Assembly: GCA_001512745.1 (NCBI GenBank)
Contig: LFSM01000060.1
Coordinates: 4,493 to 68,492, forward strand
Reading direction: 5' to 3'
DNA: 64,000 bases
Source of the DNA: Clostridiales bacterium DTU032
GTDB taxonomy: Bacteria; Bacillota; Clostridia; Saccharofermentanales; DTU023
Numbering within the stretch: position 1 is the stretch's first letter; each line of letters begins with the position of its first letter. The position numbers were made by a program, and so were the translations under genes. Below are positions 38,720-48,867 of the stretch, piece by piece. The notes under the pieces were generated by a model. The model had not been told where the DNA came from. It did not search any database and saw only the letters and a list, made by a program, of their open reading frames with translations.

Positions 38720-39811
38720 ATGTTGTTTTTTAATTCTGTTTTATTTATTTTTACGGGTCAAGCTGCCTGGCTTAATGAATTTTTTGTTCTGCTCGTGATC
38801 GGGCTGGTCTTATTGCTTTTCCGGAATCAAATCAGCAGAGGAATCTGGCATCTTGTTCTTGCCCGCTTTCGCAAACGGAACCATGAGTATTACCTGAGCA
38901 TGCGTGATAGTCTGGTCCGTCCGCTGGGACTATTGCTGCCTGCCCTGGTCTTTAATACTGCCCTGCATCAGGTTAAGGTCATACCGGATCCGTATTTTAC
39001 TTTCCTGCTCAAGCTTGCAGATACAGCTACTGCCATGATTGCTTTCTGGCTCCTGATCAGTGTTGTGACCGCTTTTGGCCTGATCATGATTAAGGAAAAC
39101 CAAGATAAGGAAGCTAAGACTTCGCCCGGCGCCATCAGCCTGCTGGCGTCAACTATACGCGTAGGGGTTGTGATTGTCGCTGTCTTTGTTATTCTCTCTT
39201 TCTGGGTGAAAAACCTTTCCGGCATTATAGCCGGTGTCGGTATAGGTGGTCTGGCTATAGCCCTGGCAGCCCAGGACAGCCTCTCAAACGCTTTTTCCAG
39301 TCTGATGATCCTCTTCGACCAGCCCTTTGAAGTTGGCGACTGGATTGAAACTTCGGAAGTATCCGGCAGCGTTCTTTCAATCGGCCTGCGTTCGACCAGA
39401 ATCCGCCCTCTTGACCAGAGCATAGTGACCATTCCTAATAACAAGCTGGCTTCTGCTGTAATCTTCAATGGCAGTCTGCGGGAAAAACGCCGGGTTGATT
39501 TAACGATGGTACTTCCCTGGACGCTGACATCCGAAAGTATGGAGGCTTTTCGCCAGGACCTTATTAAACTTTTGGCCCAGCACGACAAGATCGAGCCCGG
39601 CAGCTCAATGGTTTATTTTTCCGAATTGCCCCTTACAGGTGCCAAGCTGACGCTATACTATTATGCGCCGCCCGGCCATGACGAGATGATAAAAGTTCGC
39701 AACGACATCAATATGTCAATTTTGAAGTTAGCAGAAAAACACGAAATCAGTTTTCAGACTGACTTCTTGTATCGTCTCGGCCAAGATGCTTCAGATAAGC
39801 CCGGCTTGTAG
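38720..39811 (+). CDS. mscS: Small-conductance mechanosensitive channel (MscS family)
   Basis: TM helices are followed by the beta-domain motif FDQPFEVGDWIE. Confidence 0.85.
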   Translation: MLFFNSVLFIFTGQAAWLNEFFVLLVIGLVLLLFRNQISRGIWHLVLARFRKRNHEYYLSMRDSLVRPLGLLLPALVFNTALHQVKVIPDPYFTFLLKLADTATAMIAFWLLISVVTAFGLIMIKENQDKEAKTSPGAISLLASTIRVGVVIVAVFVILSFWVKNLSGIIAGVGIGGLAIALAAQDSLSNAFSSLMILFDQPFEVGDWIETSEVSGSVLSIGLRSTRIRPLDQSIVTIPNNKLASAVIFNGSLREKRRVDLTMVLPWTLTSESMEAFRQDLIKLLAQHDKIEPGSSMVYFSELPLTGAKLTLYYYAPPGHDEMIKVRNDINMSILKLAEKHEISFQTDFLYRLGQDASDKPGL

Positions 39812-40805
39812 CCGGCAGGAGCTTCTCAGCAGCAGAAAAATTATTATTTTTTAAAAAATCACGTACGCGGGAAGCACTGACAACTTCTCCTTCCTGACAC
39901 AGCCTTTCTACCAGACAAAGTTCAATTCCGAAATCTGCCAGCTCCCGGCTCAAAACTTGATTGTAAAAATTGCTGATAGGGGAAAGTGGTTCGCTGCCGA
40001 CAAAGCGCTTGCTGATGCCAAGATACTCAGCTATCCGGGCGAAGAGTGCGGCATCCAGCTCGGTTTCATCATTTAGATAAGCTGATTTTTCATCCAGCTC
40101 CGAGGGCGGATAGAAGTAGGACGGAAAGCTGGCTGTTGAAACAGCGTAGGGGCCGCTGGCTGCTGTAAGTACCTGGGGCAGGTCGGCGCAGCCGCGCCGG
40201 ACCATATCAAAACGCTGCTCGAAGGTGAAGCCTTGCTGGGGATCGTCGGAAAGGACCAGCAACAGGAGTTGATCGCATTCTTTTAAGGCAGACTCGACCA
40301 GAAAACGATGGCCCTTAGTGAAGGGGTTTGCGTTCATGACAATGGCAGCCCGCTGCGGCGGCCTGCTTCCGGTTGAGGGCAGCCTGCTAAATTCTGCTTG
40401 CAGTTTTTTTAAAAAATCAGGGAAATGGGCAGCGCTGTTCTCCATAAGAGTGACTCCGCGCCGGCTTTCAGCTAAACCGGTAAAACCTACAGCGGAGAAG
40501 AGTTCCCTGTCCTTGGGCTGGGAGACAAGCATCAGACGCTCGAGTGACCGCCGTGCAGCTTCTTTTTCCAGCCCAGTGATGAGCTGCGCCATTAGCCCGC
40601 TGCCCTGGTGTTCTACCGCTACGGCTATGGAGCGCAGGGTGTAACGAAAGCAAGATCCTGTTGCCAGCATCTTATTATCAGCATAGAGGGCCAGCGACCA
40701 GTCGACCAGCGGGTCAAGCCGGATACCTGCTTCCTGCAGTAAATGCAGCTGAGATTCAACTTGATCTGCATCCTTGGGATCTATCAGATTGGAATAAACT
40801 TGCAT
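39747..40805 (-). CDS. citC: [Citrate (pro-3S)-lyase] ligase-like protein (GNAT plus cytidylyltransferase-like domains)
   Basis: AIVMNANPFTKGHRFLVE matches the remembered E. coli CitC motif. An N-terminal GNAT segment VEHQGSGL is present. An RBS AAAGGAGG precedes the ATG at 40805. Confidence 0.8.
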   Translation of the reverse strand: MQVYSNLIDPKDADQVESQLHLLQEAGIRLDPLVDWSLALYADNKMLATGSCFRYTLRSIAVAVEHQGSGLMAQLITGLEKEAARRSLERLMLVSQPKDRELFSAVGFTGLAESRRGVTLMENSAAHFPDFLKKLQAEFSRLPSTGSRPPQRAAIVMNANPFTKGHRFLVESALKECDQLLLLVLSDDPQQGFTFEQRFDMVRRGCADLPQVLTAASGPYAVSTASFPSYFYPPSELDEKSAYLNDETELDAALFARIAEYLGISKRFVGSEPLSPISNFYNQVLSRELADFGIELCLVERLCQEGEVVSASRVRDFLKNNNFSAAEKLLPATSRAYLKHLGRDDTRSQSEN

Positions 40806-40932
40806 GTTTGCCTCCTTTCGCAATCAGTCTTTAAAGTTTAGAATAGCAGAAGTGACATCTCTCATGTGCTAGAATATCATTTATTTTTGTTTAGCACGCT
40901 TGCTGCATACAGCAGCGTGAGGAGGCGTATTA

Positions 40933-42297
40933 ATGAAAATCGTAATTGCGGGTGGGGGAAAGTATGGCCGCAGCATCGCTGGTGAACTGGTGGCTGAAGG
41001 CCATGATCTGACTTTCATTGAGGAAAAAGAAGAAACCCTGGACTCTTTGATTGAAGATTTTGATCTGTCCGGTATCGTGGGTAATGCTGGTAACTATGTA
41101 ACTCAGCTGGATGCCGGTGTTGACAAATGTGATGCCTTCCTGACTATGACCGGTTCAGATGAGGTTAATCTCATTGCTGCAATTTTGGCGCAGAAACTGG
41201 GTGCAAAGAAAACTTTTGCCCGTGTGGTAAATCATGACTATTCACCTGAAGTTCCTTTTTTCAGACAAGCTCTGGGTATTACTGGCCTGATTAATCCCAA
41301 TCTGGAATCTGCCCAGGAGGTAATGCGTATGCTGCGCTATCCTTCTGCGACCAGTGTAGAAAGTTTTTTCAGAGGGAAAGTGCAAATAGTGGCTGTGCGA
41401 GTCCCTAAGGATAGTTTGCTTGCAGATTTGAAACTGCTGGACTTCAAACGGGTCTGTGGTGACAATCTGATGGTCTGCGTCATTCAGCGCGATGAAGAAG
41501 TGTTCATCCCTGATGGCACAAGTATAATCAAAGCCGGAGATACCATCCACGTAACCGGTGAAGTTGATACTTTACAGGATTTCTATGCGCGTACCAACAC
41601 TCGGATCCCTGCAATCAAGAATGTAATGATTGTGGGCGGCGGAGCTATTTCTTACTGGCTGCTGGGCTTGATGAACAAGAAAAAGTTCAGAGTTAAGATA
41701 ATTGAACGGGACAGGAAAATAGCCGAGATGGTGTACAGGACTTATCCCTGGGTAGATGTACTCTGTGCTGACGGCACCGACCATCAAGTGCTGGAAGAAG
41801 CCAGCATCAGGAATTTTGACGCTTTTATCTCCTTAACCGGTATCGATGAGGAAAATGCTCTTGCATCCATATTTGCTTCGCACAATGGCGTTAACAAAAC
41901 AATTACGAAAATCAACCGCACCCGATTGCTGGAAATTCTGGATGATGAAGATTTGCAGAATATTCTCACACCCCACCACATTGTTTCAGATGAAATCGTA
42001 CGGGCGATCAGAGCGATGGATAATGTTAAGGGTTCAGCGGTGGAAGCACTTTATCGCATGGCTGTGGCCAAGGTGGAAGCGCTGGAGTTTATCGCCGGTC
42101 CGCAGAGTAAAGTGCTTGGAAAAACACTGATGGACCTGCAACTGCGACCCTCACTGCGTCTGGCCTCTATCATGCGGGGTCACGATATTATTTTCCCCGC
42201 CGGTCAGGATATGATACTTGCGGGAGACCGTGTCATTGTTGTCAGTACCGGTAAGCGCATGTCAGATCTGGATGATATATTGGGAGGCCGAGATTGA
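40933..42297 (+). CDS. trkA: Trk potassium uptake system NAD-binding subunit (two RCK units)
   Basis: The Rossmann motifs IVIAGGGKYG and a second one, IVGGGAISY, are present. The protein is 454 aa. Confidence 0.9.
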   Translation: MKIVIAGGGKYGRSIAGELVAEGHDLTFIEEKEETLDSLIEDFDLSGIVGNAGNYVTQLDAGVDKCDAFLTMTGSDEVNLIAAILAQKLGAKKTFARVVNHDYSPEVPFFRQALGITGLINPNLESAQEVMRMLRYPSATSVESFFRGKVQIVAVRVPKDSLLADLKLLDFKRVCGDNLMVCVIQRDEEVFIPDGTSIIKAGDTIHVTGEVDTLQDFYARTNTRIPAIKNVMIVGGGAISYWLLGLMNKKKFRVKIIERDRKIAEMVYRTYPWVDVLCADGTDHQVLEEASIRNFDAFISLTGIDEENALASIFASHNGVNKTITKINRTRLLEILDDEDLQNILTPHHIVSDEIVRAIRAMDNVKGSAVEALYRMAVAKVEALEFIAGPQSKVLGKTLMDLQLRPSLRLASIMRGHDIIFPAGQDMILAGDRVIVVSTGKRMSDLDDILGGRD

Positions 42298-43742
42298 ATT
42301 ACAGTTCTGTCCGTTTTGTCCTGAGTCGTATTTTGCAGATTTGTTCTGTTTTATTTTTGCTGCCGATCATTGTAGCTTTGTTCTATGGCGAGACAAGGCT
42401 GGCCCTGAAGAGTTTCGGTTTAGTAGCAGTCGTCCTGTTTCTGACCGCAAGCCTGACCAGCTTGAAAAGACCTGCAAAATTGCGTCTGCGTGCCAGCGAG
42501 GGCATGGTTATTACTTTTCTTACCTGGGTCCTGATCTCTGCTGCCAGTGCCTTCGCCTTTATGCTGGCAGGGGAGATACCCACTTTTGTTGAAGCTTTTT
42601 TTGAGTCGGTCTCCGGCTTTACTACTACCGGTTCAACCCTCGTTCAGGATGTAGAAGCGGTATCACACTTTGTTCTCTTCTGGCGCAGTTTCACCCATTT
42701 TGTGGGTGGCATGGGTGTTCTGGTTTTCGCCTTAATTATTTCGTCAGGTTCAGCGGATTCTGTAAATATTATGAAGGCAGAGATGCCGGGACCGAGCTTT
42801 GGAAAATTGACAGCCCGGCTGCGTACAACTGCGCTGGCTCTTTATGCCATTTATTTTGTTATGACGCTCATCACAATCTTTTTGCTTTATTTAGGAGACA
42901 TGCCATTATTTGATGCGATCATACATGGCCTTGGTACTGCCGGCACAGGAGGATTTTCCAGCAAAAATGCAAGCATAGGTTACTATAACAGCTCTTATAT
43001 CAACTGGGTTTTGACGATAGCCATGCTGCTTTTCGGAGTCAATTTTCAGCTTTATTTTATCAGCCTTACCCGGGGAGTCAGACAAGCCCTTAAAAGTGAG
43101 GAGTTGCGCTGGTATTTTGGCATATATCTGACGGTGTCACTTCTGGTTTTTCTTGATAACCTCCGTCTCTACGGTTCGGCCGCTTTTTCTTTTGAACACT
43201 CCTTTTTCGCTGTCAGCTCCCTGATGAGTACAACCGGGTACTCCACAGTGGACTTCACCTTGTGGCCCCTGATAAGTCAGCTTCTCCTGCTTCTGGTTAT
43301 GATGATCGGAGGATCGGCGGGATCAACCGCAGGTGGTTTGAAAGTTTCACGCTTTGCCGTTTACATCAAATCTGTGCGCGAACAAATAAACAAAAGCCGT
43401 GAACCGCAACAGGTATCGTCTGTGCGTATGGAGGGGGGGATTCTGCCCGATACTGTAAAACACTCGGTATTGCGTTATCTTTGCATTTATTTAGTGTTTT
43501 TGATCGTGGGTACTTTGCTGGTATCTTTTGACAGCATTGATATTATGACATCTTTTTCTGCAGCTGTGACGGCCTTGAACAATGTTGGGCCCGGTCTGGG
43601 AGCAGCGGGACCTGCTTCTAACTTTCACCAGTTCAATGATTTTACAAAAATTGTGCTTAGCTTTCTGATGATTGCAGGACGACTGGAACTCTTGCCTGTG
43701 CTTTTGTTTTTTTCACCAAAAACCTGGAAAGCTACCACTTAG
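42294..43742 (+). CDS. trkH: Trk/Ktr-type potassium transporter membrane subunit
   Basis: Repeated pore-loop motifs (SGFTTTGST, GTGGFS, TTGYST and GGSAGSTAGGLK) are present. The TTG start overlaps the trkA stop. Confidence 0.9.
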   Translation: MNYSSVRFVLSRILQICSVLFLLPIIVALFYGETRLALKSFGLVAVVLFLTASLTSLKRPAKLRLRASEGMVITFLTWVLISAASAFAFMLAGEIPTFVEAFFESVSGFTTTGSTLVQDVEAVSHFVLFWRSFTHFVGGMGVLVFALIISSGSADSVNIMKAEMPGPSFGKLTARLRTTALALYAIYFVMTLITIFLLYLGDMPLFDAIIHGLGTAGTGGFSSKNASIGYYNSSYINWVLTIAMLLFGVNFQLYFISLTRGVRQALKSEELRWYFGIYLTVSLLVFLDNLRLYGSAAFSFEHSFFAVSSLMSTTGYSTVDFTLWPLISQLLLLLVMMIGGSAGSTAGGLKVSRFAVYIKSVREQINKSREPQQVSSVRMEGGILPDTVKHSVLRYLCIYLVFLIVGTLLVSFDSIDIMTSFSAAVTALNNVGPGLGAAGPASNFHQFNDFTKIVLSFLMIAGRLELLPVLLFFSPKTWKATT

Positions 43743-43864
43743 TCATCCGGCAAGATCTTTTCTGCAAAGCTTTCCGGTTTTAGGGGAATAGTCAGTCTTT
43801 TCATATGTTATTATTAATCTTAAATCTTAAATAGCAACAATGCTTTAGTTAGGAGCGTATAACA

Positions 43865-44545
43865 ATGAGTCAGCCGCGTGATCCCGGAAGAAATAAGGGA
43901 AAAGACTCACGAGTTAAAAATAAAGCAAAGCAAAACAATGCCAAAAAAACTAGTCCTGCGCAATCCAGTCAAGACAGAGAAATACGCAATAAAGTGAAGC
44001 GAATCTATCTTGTTACAGTGTCTGTCTGTGGTGTACTGATTATAGTCTTTTCGCTGCTTGTAACTAATAAACTTAAAAAAGCCGGTGTCGTTTTCAGCCC
44101 TGATGAAACTGACCAGATGCTTGAAGCTGATTTCCCCAGAGAAAACAAAGAGACGGAAACTGCTGCAACTACAGACCCTTATGAGACATCCGAAACACTA
44201 GCTGCCGAAACAACAGAAACGACAGTTTTTGCTCCCGGTACGGACAGTACTACTTACTGGAATTATTACTATTCCGGCAATATCAATATTGCAGGCAGTG
44301 TGACTACAGTTACGACATCAGCTTCTTCTTCAGAAACTACAACTTCTTCGGATCCAAATGATCCGGATACAACGGTTGAAACAGATCCTTCTGGTGAGGG
44401 CGGCGAGACAGAAGCAACGGATCCAGGCAGCGAAACTACGGGCGAAGCATCAACAGATCCAGCCAGCGCGGATCCTGATCCGACAGACCCGGTGCCTCCT
44501 GCCGGAGACACAGAGGCTGACGGCGATGCCGGAGAAGACTCCTGA
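43865..44545 (+). CDS. Single-pass membrane protein with a basic N-terminus and a T/E/D/S/P-rich acidic low-complexity ectodomain
   Basis: A TM helix IYLVTVSVCGVLIIVFSLLV is present. The remainder is compositionally biased. Confidence 0.55.
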   Translation: MSQPRDPGRNKGKDSRVKNKAKQNNAKKTSPAQSSQDREIRNKVKRIYLVTVSVCGVLIIVFSLLVTNKLKKAGVVFSPDETDQMLEADFPRENKETETAATTDPYETSETLAAETTETTVFAPGTDSTTYWNYYYSGNINIAGSVTTVTTSASSSETTTSSDPNDPDTTVETDPSGEGGETEATDPGSETTGEASTDPASADPDPTDPVPPAGDTEADGDAGEDS

Positions 44546-44606
44546 AGCCGGGCAAAGACCGAAAGTCATTAAGTAGTTTTCGTAAAAAAGGGAAAGGAAG
44601 ATACTG

Positions 44607-45599
44607 ATGGCGACAATTTCAGATTTGATTATACTCACAGTCGACGATCTTGAAGATCAGTTGGGCAGCAGTAAATACCCGAAATTTGTCGCTGAATCTG
44701 AAAAGATGTTTTCTGATCAGGTAAATGCCTTTGCTGAAAAGGTTTTGGCTGATGAAAAGATCAGAGCGATTTTTGTTTCCGGCCCCACTTCATCCGGCAA
44801 AACCACTTCTGCCCGACTACTGTCACAACATCTGATCGCTAAGGGCCGGCATACTATTCCGATTGAACTGGATGATTTTTACCGGGCTCAGGATTTGCGT
44901 TACGATGAGGAAGGCCGTCCGGATTATGAGAGTATTGACACACTGGATCTGGAATTGCTGGCTGAAACATTGGGAGGTCTTTTCCAAGATGGAGAGTGTG
45001 AAATTCCTACATTTGAGTTTGCCAGCAGGCGCAGATACTACGAAGACCACAAGCGGATTAAACTGAATGAAGGTGACCTTGTTATTATAGAGGGCCTGCA
45101 CGGCCTTAATGAAACTGTAAGCTCCCATGTCCCTAAGGAAGCGCAACTGAGTTATTTTATCATGCCTCACGGCCGGGTTCTTGCTGATGCCAGAATGATA
45201 TCCAACAGCGATATTCGTATGCTGCGCCGGATCAGTCGTGATGTTAATAAACGCGGTTCGTCAGCTATTGACACTATTGACTACTGGCCGATGATTGACC
45301 GTACTGAAAAGGATTTTATCCCTGCCTACCTGAAAGCTGCTGATTACTTTATTAATTCCCTGCTGCCTTATGAATTTACAGTTATTGCACCTTTGGCGCG
45401 CGATAAAATTAACGAGTCTCTGGAACGTTTTTTTGACGGCACTCTTATCACATCAACTTATACCAGAAATGCACAGGGTCATTCCAACCTGCGCCTGGCA
45501 GTCCAGGAAGCAATGCGTCTGGTCTGGATCTGCGAACAGCTGCCGGCAGTTTCGCCATCTGTCGTGCCGGCCGGCTCAGTCCTGCAAGAGTTTATATAA
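44607..45599 (+). CDS. P-loop kinase of the uridine kinase/phosphoribulokinase family
   Basis: Walker A GPTSSGKTT and the motif VIIEGLHGLN are present, followed by a ~130-aa C-terminal extension. Confidence 0.6.
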   Translation: MATISDLIILTVDDLEDQLGSSKYPKFVAESEKMFSDQVNAFAEKVLADEKIRAIFVSGPTSSGKTTSARLLSQHLIAKGRHTIPIELDDFYRAQDLRYDEEGRPDYESIDTLDLELLAETLGGLFQDGECEIPTFEFASRRRYYEDHKRIKLNEGDLVIIEGLHGLNETVSSHVPKEAQLSYFIMPHGRVLADARMISNSDIRMLRRISRDVNKRGSSAIDTIDYWPMIDRTEKDFIPAYLKAADYFINSLLPYEFTVIAPLARDKINESLERFFDGTLITSTYTRNAQGHSNLRLAVQEAMRLVWICEQLPAVSPSVVPAGSVLQEFI

Positions 45600-45790
45600 T
45601 CAAAAATCTGTGTTTATTACAAGAGACGGCTGTGATAATTGCAGGCCTTATTATTTCACGACTATCTTTAAGCAAAACCGGCGAAGGTAACTTTAGACAC
45701 TAAAGTGTGAAAAGCATGCAAAACTTATTATCATGTACAAGATTAAAAGTGCCTGGCACTGGAATAAATATTTTTTGAAGGAGAAGTATT

Positions 45791-46108
45791 ATGACACTTA
45801 CATTGACAAAAGCTAATTTTAAAGCAGAAGTTCTGGACAACGAGAAACCTGTACTGGTTGATTTCTGGGCCAGCTGGTGTGGACCTTGCCGCATGGTCGG
45901 GCCGATCGTGGAAGCTCTGGCAGAGGATTTTGACGGACGGGCCGGAGTGGGCAAAGTCAACGTTGATGAAGAAGACGACCTGGCAAGACAGTACTCGATA
46001 ATGAGTATCCCGACGCTGGTAATCTTTAAAGGCGGCGAAGTAGTTGAGCGTGTGGTCGGAGCTCGTTCACAGGGTGAACTGGCAGCATTACTGGAAAAAC
46101 ACATATAA
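45791..46108 (+). CDS. trxA: Thioredoxin
   Basis: The active site WASWCGPC is present and the protein is 105 aa. Confidence 0.95.
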   Translation: MTLTLTKANFKAEVLDNEKPVLVDFWASWCGPCRMVGPIVEALAEDFDGRAGVGKVNVDEEDDLARQYSIMSIPTLVIFKGGEVVERVVGARSQGELAALLEKHI

Positions 46109-46163
46109 GTAAAAAATAAACATAGCAGCAGTCAGACCTTTAATTGTTTTTCGGAGGTGACAA

Positions 46164-47720
46164 GTGCAAGGCGCATATCGTTTAGTGACAAGAGCAGAAC
46201 AAGGGTTGCTGGACAGAGCTTACACCAAGCTAACAGGCCTGCCGTCGATCCTTCTCATGGAAAATGCCGGCAAGGCTCTGGCGGATGCAGTTTTAACTAT
46301 GTATACAGCAGCGCAAGCTGCTGTATATGATTGTCTGATTTTTGCAGGCAAGGGACAAAATGGCGGGGATGGCTATGTAGCTGCCCGCCATTTGCAGTCT
46401 GAGGGACTTAAAGTTGCCGTAGTTGATGTGAGCTCAGGTCAAGCTCACATCAACGATGCAGCTGTTAACGTTTCTGCCTGGAAAAAACTGGGCGGAGAGA
46501 TTATCAGGGATTTAACAAGAGTACCGACAGACTCGGTACCAGTCATTGTCGATGCAATCTACGGCAGTGGTTTTGCTTTGGATCGAAAACCCGATGCTGA
46601 TGCAGTGCACGCTTTTGCCTTGATGAGTGAATTGCAGGAAAGCGGTTCTGCAGTTATTGCCTGCGATCTGCCCAGTGGTCTGCTTGCAGACACAGGTCAA
46701 GTCAGCTCATTTAGCTTGAAGGCGGATCTGACTGTGACTTTCGGCAGGATTAAGCTGGGACTGATAACGCATCCCGGATGTCTTTATTCGGGAGAAATCT
46801 GGCTGGAAAGTCTGGGTATGGATGACGATTTCGTCGATGGTCAGCTGAAGGGAGATCCGGCTTATATTCTGGATGCCAGTCTGGCTTCCAGATTGGACAG
46901 CAAAGTTGCAGATGATGCTCATAAGGGTGATAACGGCAGAGCTTTGCTGATTGGCGGTTCGAAAGATATGCCGGGAGCCATGCTTTTATCGATTGAGGCC
47001 TGTGCCCGGTCCGGAGCAGGCTATACCATGGTGAGGGCACCGGAAGAGATTATTCCTCTGCTGGCAGAAGTTATCCCTTCTGCATTGTACTCATCGATTC
47101 CTCAAGGCGAGGGCAGAAAACGGGACCTGCCGGGTCCCATAGACTCGATTGCTATCGGCATGGGGGCTTCAGATGCCGGCTGGATTGCCAAAGCTTTAAG
47201 CAGCTTGATCCCTAACACAAAACGCCTGCTGATTGATGCTGACGGCTTAAATGCCCTGGCTAAGATGCCGCAGGCAGACGAGCTATTGAGAGAGAGACAG
47301 GAGAAGGGACTGGAAGCTCTGGTCCTGACCCCTCATCCCGGAGAGTTTGAACGACTGGCACCCGAGCTGGCCACGCTTCTGCATGAAGATCGGGTTGCTG
47401 CTGCGCGCAGTTTAGCCCGTAAGAAGTCACTTATAGTCGTATTAAAGGGAATGGCTACAGTTGTCGCTTTCCCTGATGGAACAGTTTTTATCAATGAATC
47501 GGGTAATTCAGGTATGGCTAAAGCAGGTTCCGGAGATGTTCTCACCGGTATGATTGCCGGCAATATGGCTGTACTTAAGGACAGTTACAAGGCCGTCCTG
47601 CTCTCAGTCTATTTGCACGGACTGGCTGCTGATATTGCCCTGTCCTTGCACGATGATCCCCGTTCTCTTTTGCCGGAAGACATTTTGGAAAATATTTCTG
47701 AAGCCAGACAGACTCTCTGA
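46164..47720 (+). CDS. nnr: Bifunctional NAD(P)H-hydrate epimerase / ADP-dependent dehydratase
   Basis: The protein has a YjeF_N domain (GKGQNGGDG) and a carbohydrate-kinase C-terminal domain (GSGDVLTG). It starts with GTG. Confidence 0.85.
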   Translation: MQGAYRLVTRAEQGLLDRAYTKLTGLPSILLMENAGKALADAVLTMYTAAQAAVYDCLIFAGKGQNGGDGYVAARHLQSEGLKVAVVDVSSGQAHINDAAVNVSAWKKLGGEIIRDLTRVPTDSVPVIVDAIYGSGFALDRKPDADAVHAFALMSELQESGSAVIACDLPSGLLADTGQVSSFSLKADLTVTFGRIKLGLITHPGCLYSGEIWLESLGMDDDFVDGQLKGDPAYILDASLASRLDSKVADDAHKGDNGRALLIGGSKDMPGAMLLSIEACARSGAGYTMVRAPEEIIPLLAEVIPSALYSSIPQGEGRKRDLPGPIDSIAIGMGASDAGWIAKALSSLIPNTKRLLIDADGLNALAKMPQADELLRERQEKGLEALVLTPHPGEFERLAPELATLLHEDRVAAARSLARKKSLIVVLKGMATVVAFPDGTVFINESGNSGMAKAGSGDVLTGMIAGNMAVLKDSYKAVLLSVYLHGLAADIALSLHDDPRSLLPEDILENISEARQTL

Positions 47721-47787
47721 AAATTTGACTTGGAACAGATGCTTGTATGAGCTGTAACGATAGTGTATATTATTTTCGTACAAATAA

Positions 47788-47952
47788 ATATTTCCGGGGC
47801 AGGGCGTGAATCCCTACCGGCGGTGATGCTCCTTGGCGAGACGAGCCCGCGACCTTAGTGGATGACGGGGTGAGAACCCCCGGCCGACCGTATAGTCGGG
47901 ATGAGAGGAAAGTGGCTTTTAGCGAAGTTATGCCCCATTTTGGGGCTTTTTT
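47788..47952 (+). promoter_or_regulatory. FMN (RFN) riboswitch with an intrinsic terminator expression platform
   Basis: The segments ccGGGGCAGGGcGtGAAtCCCTACCGGCGGTgAtG...AGCCCGCGA...CCGaCCGTATAGTCgGGATGagAGa match the remembered RFN consensus. The terminator GCCCCAttttGGGGC plus T6 lies at 47932-47952. Confidence 0.9.
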
Positions 47953-47975
47953 ATGCCTCAAGAAGAGAGGTTGCA

Positions 47976-48650
47976 ATGCAAGAATCTAATAGTAATAATG
48001 AAATCGCTGTTGTTAAACAAAATGGCTCTGAAGAAGGCAGGCGCACGCTTAAGAAAGATTCAGCTTCTCACAAGCGGGTCGTATGGATCAGCAAAATAGG
48101 GATACTGTCTGCAGTTGCCATTGTGTTGATGTATTTAGAATTTTCTCTGCCGATTTTCCCAGTGTTTTTGAAGTTTGACTTCGGTGATATTCCGGCTTTG
48201 CTCGGTGCATTTTCGATGGGACCCTTAGCGGGTATCTTTATCCAATTAATCAAAAACATAGGCCATCTGCCTGCCACGCACACAATGATGGTCGGCGAAC
48301 TGGCGAACTTTATTATGGGCAGTGTTTTTGTCGGAACAGCCGGGTTGATTTACAAGTATAAAAAGACCCGCAGCGGAGCGATTATTTCCCTGATCTCAGC
48401 TACGATTGCCCTGACAATATCGGGAGCACTGATTAATTATTATATTAGCATTCCTTTTTATATCGAAGTGCTGGGGATGACTCTGGAGGACATTGTGGCA
48501 CTGACGCGGGCAGTAGGGAACACTTTTGTCACAGATCTTCGCAGTCTGATTGTCTTCGCTTTTGTTCCTTTTAATCTTTTGAAGGGAAGCGTAATTTCGC
48601 TGGTAGTGGGACTTCTGTATAAGCGGCTAAGTCCGATATTACATAAGTAA
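47976..48650 (+). CDS. ribU: ECF-transporter S component for riboflavin
   Basis: It is a 6-TM protein directly behind the FMN riboswitch. The ATG at 47976 follows an RBS AGAGAGG. The longer ORF from 47901 would overlap the riboswitch terminator. Confidence 0.8.
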   Translation: MQESNSNNEIAVVKQNGSEEGRRTLKKDSASHKRVVWISKIGILSAVAIVLMYLEFSLPIFPVFLKFDFGDIPALLGAFSMGPLAGIFIQLIKNIGHLPATHTMMVGELANFIMGSVFVGTAGLIYKYKKTRSGAIISLISATIALTISGALINYYISIPFYIEVLGMTLEDIVALTRAVGNTFVTDLRSLIVFAFVPFNLLKGSVISLVVGLLYKRLSPILHK

Positions 48651-48692
48651 CTTGTGAGCGGAAAAGCAAAATTAGATTGTAAAACTAAAAAG

Positions 48693-48720
48693 GCCACGGA
48701 TTTTTCCGTGGCTTCTTTAT
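48693..48720 (+). terminator. Rho-independent terminator after ribU
   Basis: The hairpin GCCACGGA-tttt-TCCGTGGC is followed by TTCTTTAT. Confidence 0.7.
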
Positions 48721-48867
48721 GGGGCAGGCAGTTTTTAGCTCTGAGAAAAGCTGGTCTGATCTTTCTTAGTGTGCCCGGCTTTGTTATAATGGTTTAAATT
48801 ATTGAAAAGGTTTCTGTCGCTTTAGAGAATTAAAGATGGCGGACATTCCTGATCACAGGGGGATTAA

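Noticed and set aside
38968-39588. 206-aa minus-strand ORF within mscS
   Set aside because: It is antisense to a well-supported MscS gene and has no independent signals.
40824-40932. Possible c-di-AMP (ydaO/kimA-type) riboswitch upstream of trkAH
   Set aside because: The leader is only ~50 nt after an extended -10 (TGcTAGAAT) and holds a single hairpin (CACGCTTGCTG...CAGCAGCGTG) before the SD. That is far too short and lacks the pseudo-symmetric ydaO architecture.
45700-46104. 134-aa minus-strand ORF over trxA
   Set aside because: It is antisense to an unmistakable thioredoxin gene (WCGPC).
47901-47975. Upstream extension of the ribU ORF (start at 47901)
   Set aside because: The extension would be translated through the FMN riboswitch 3' end and its terminator. 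The ATG at 47976 has an RBS and follows the terminator.
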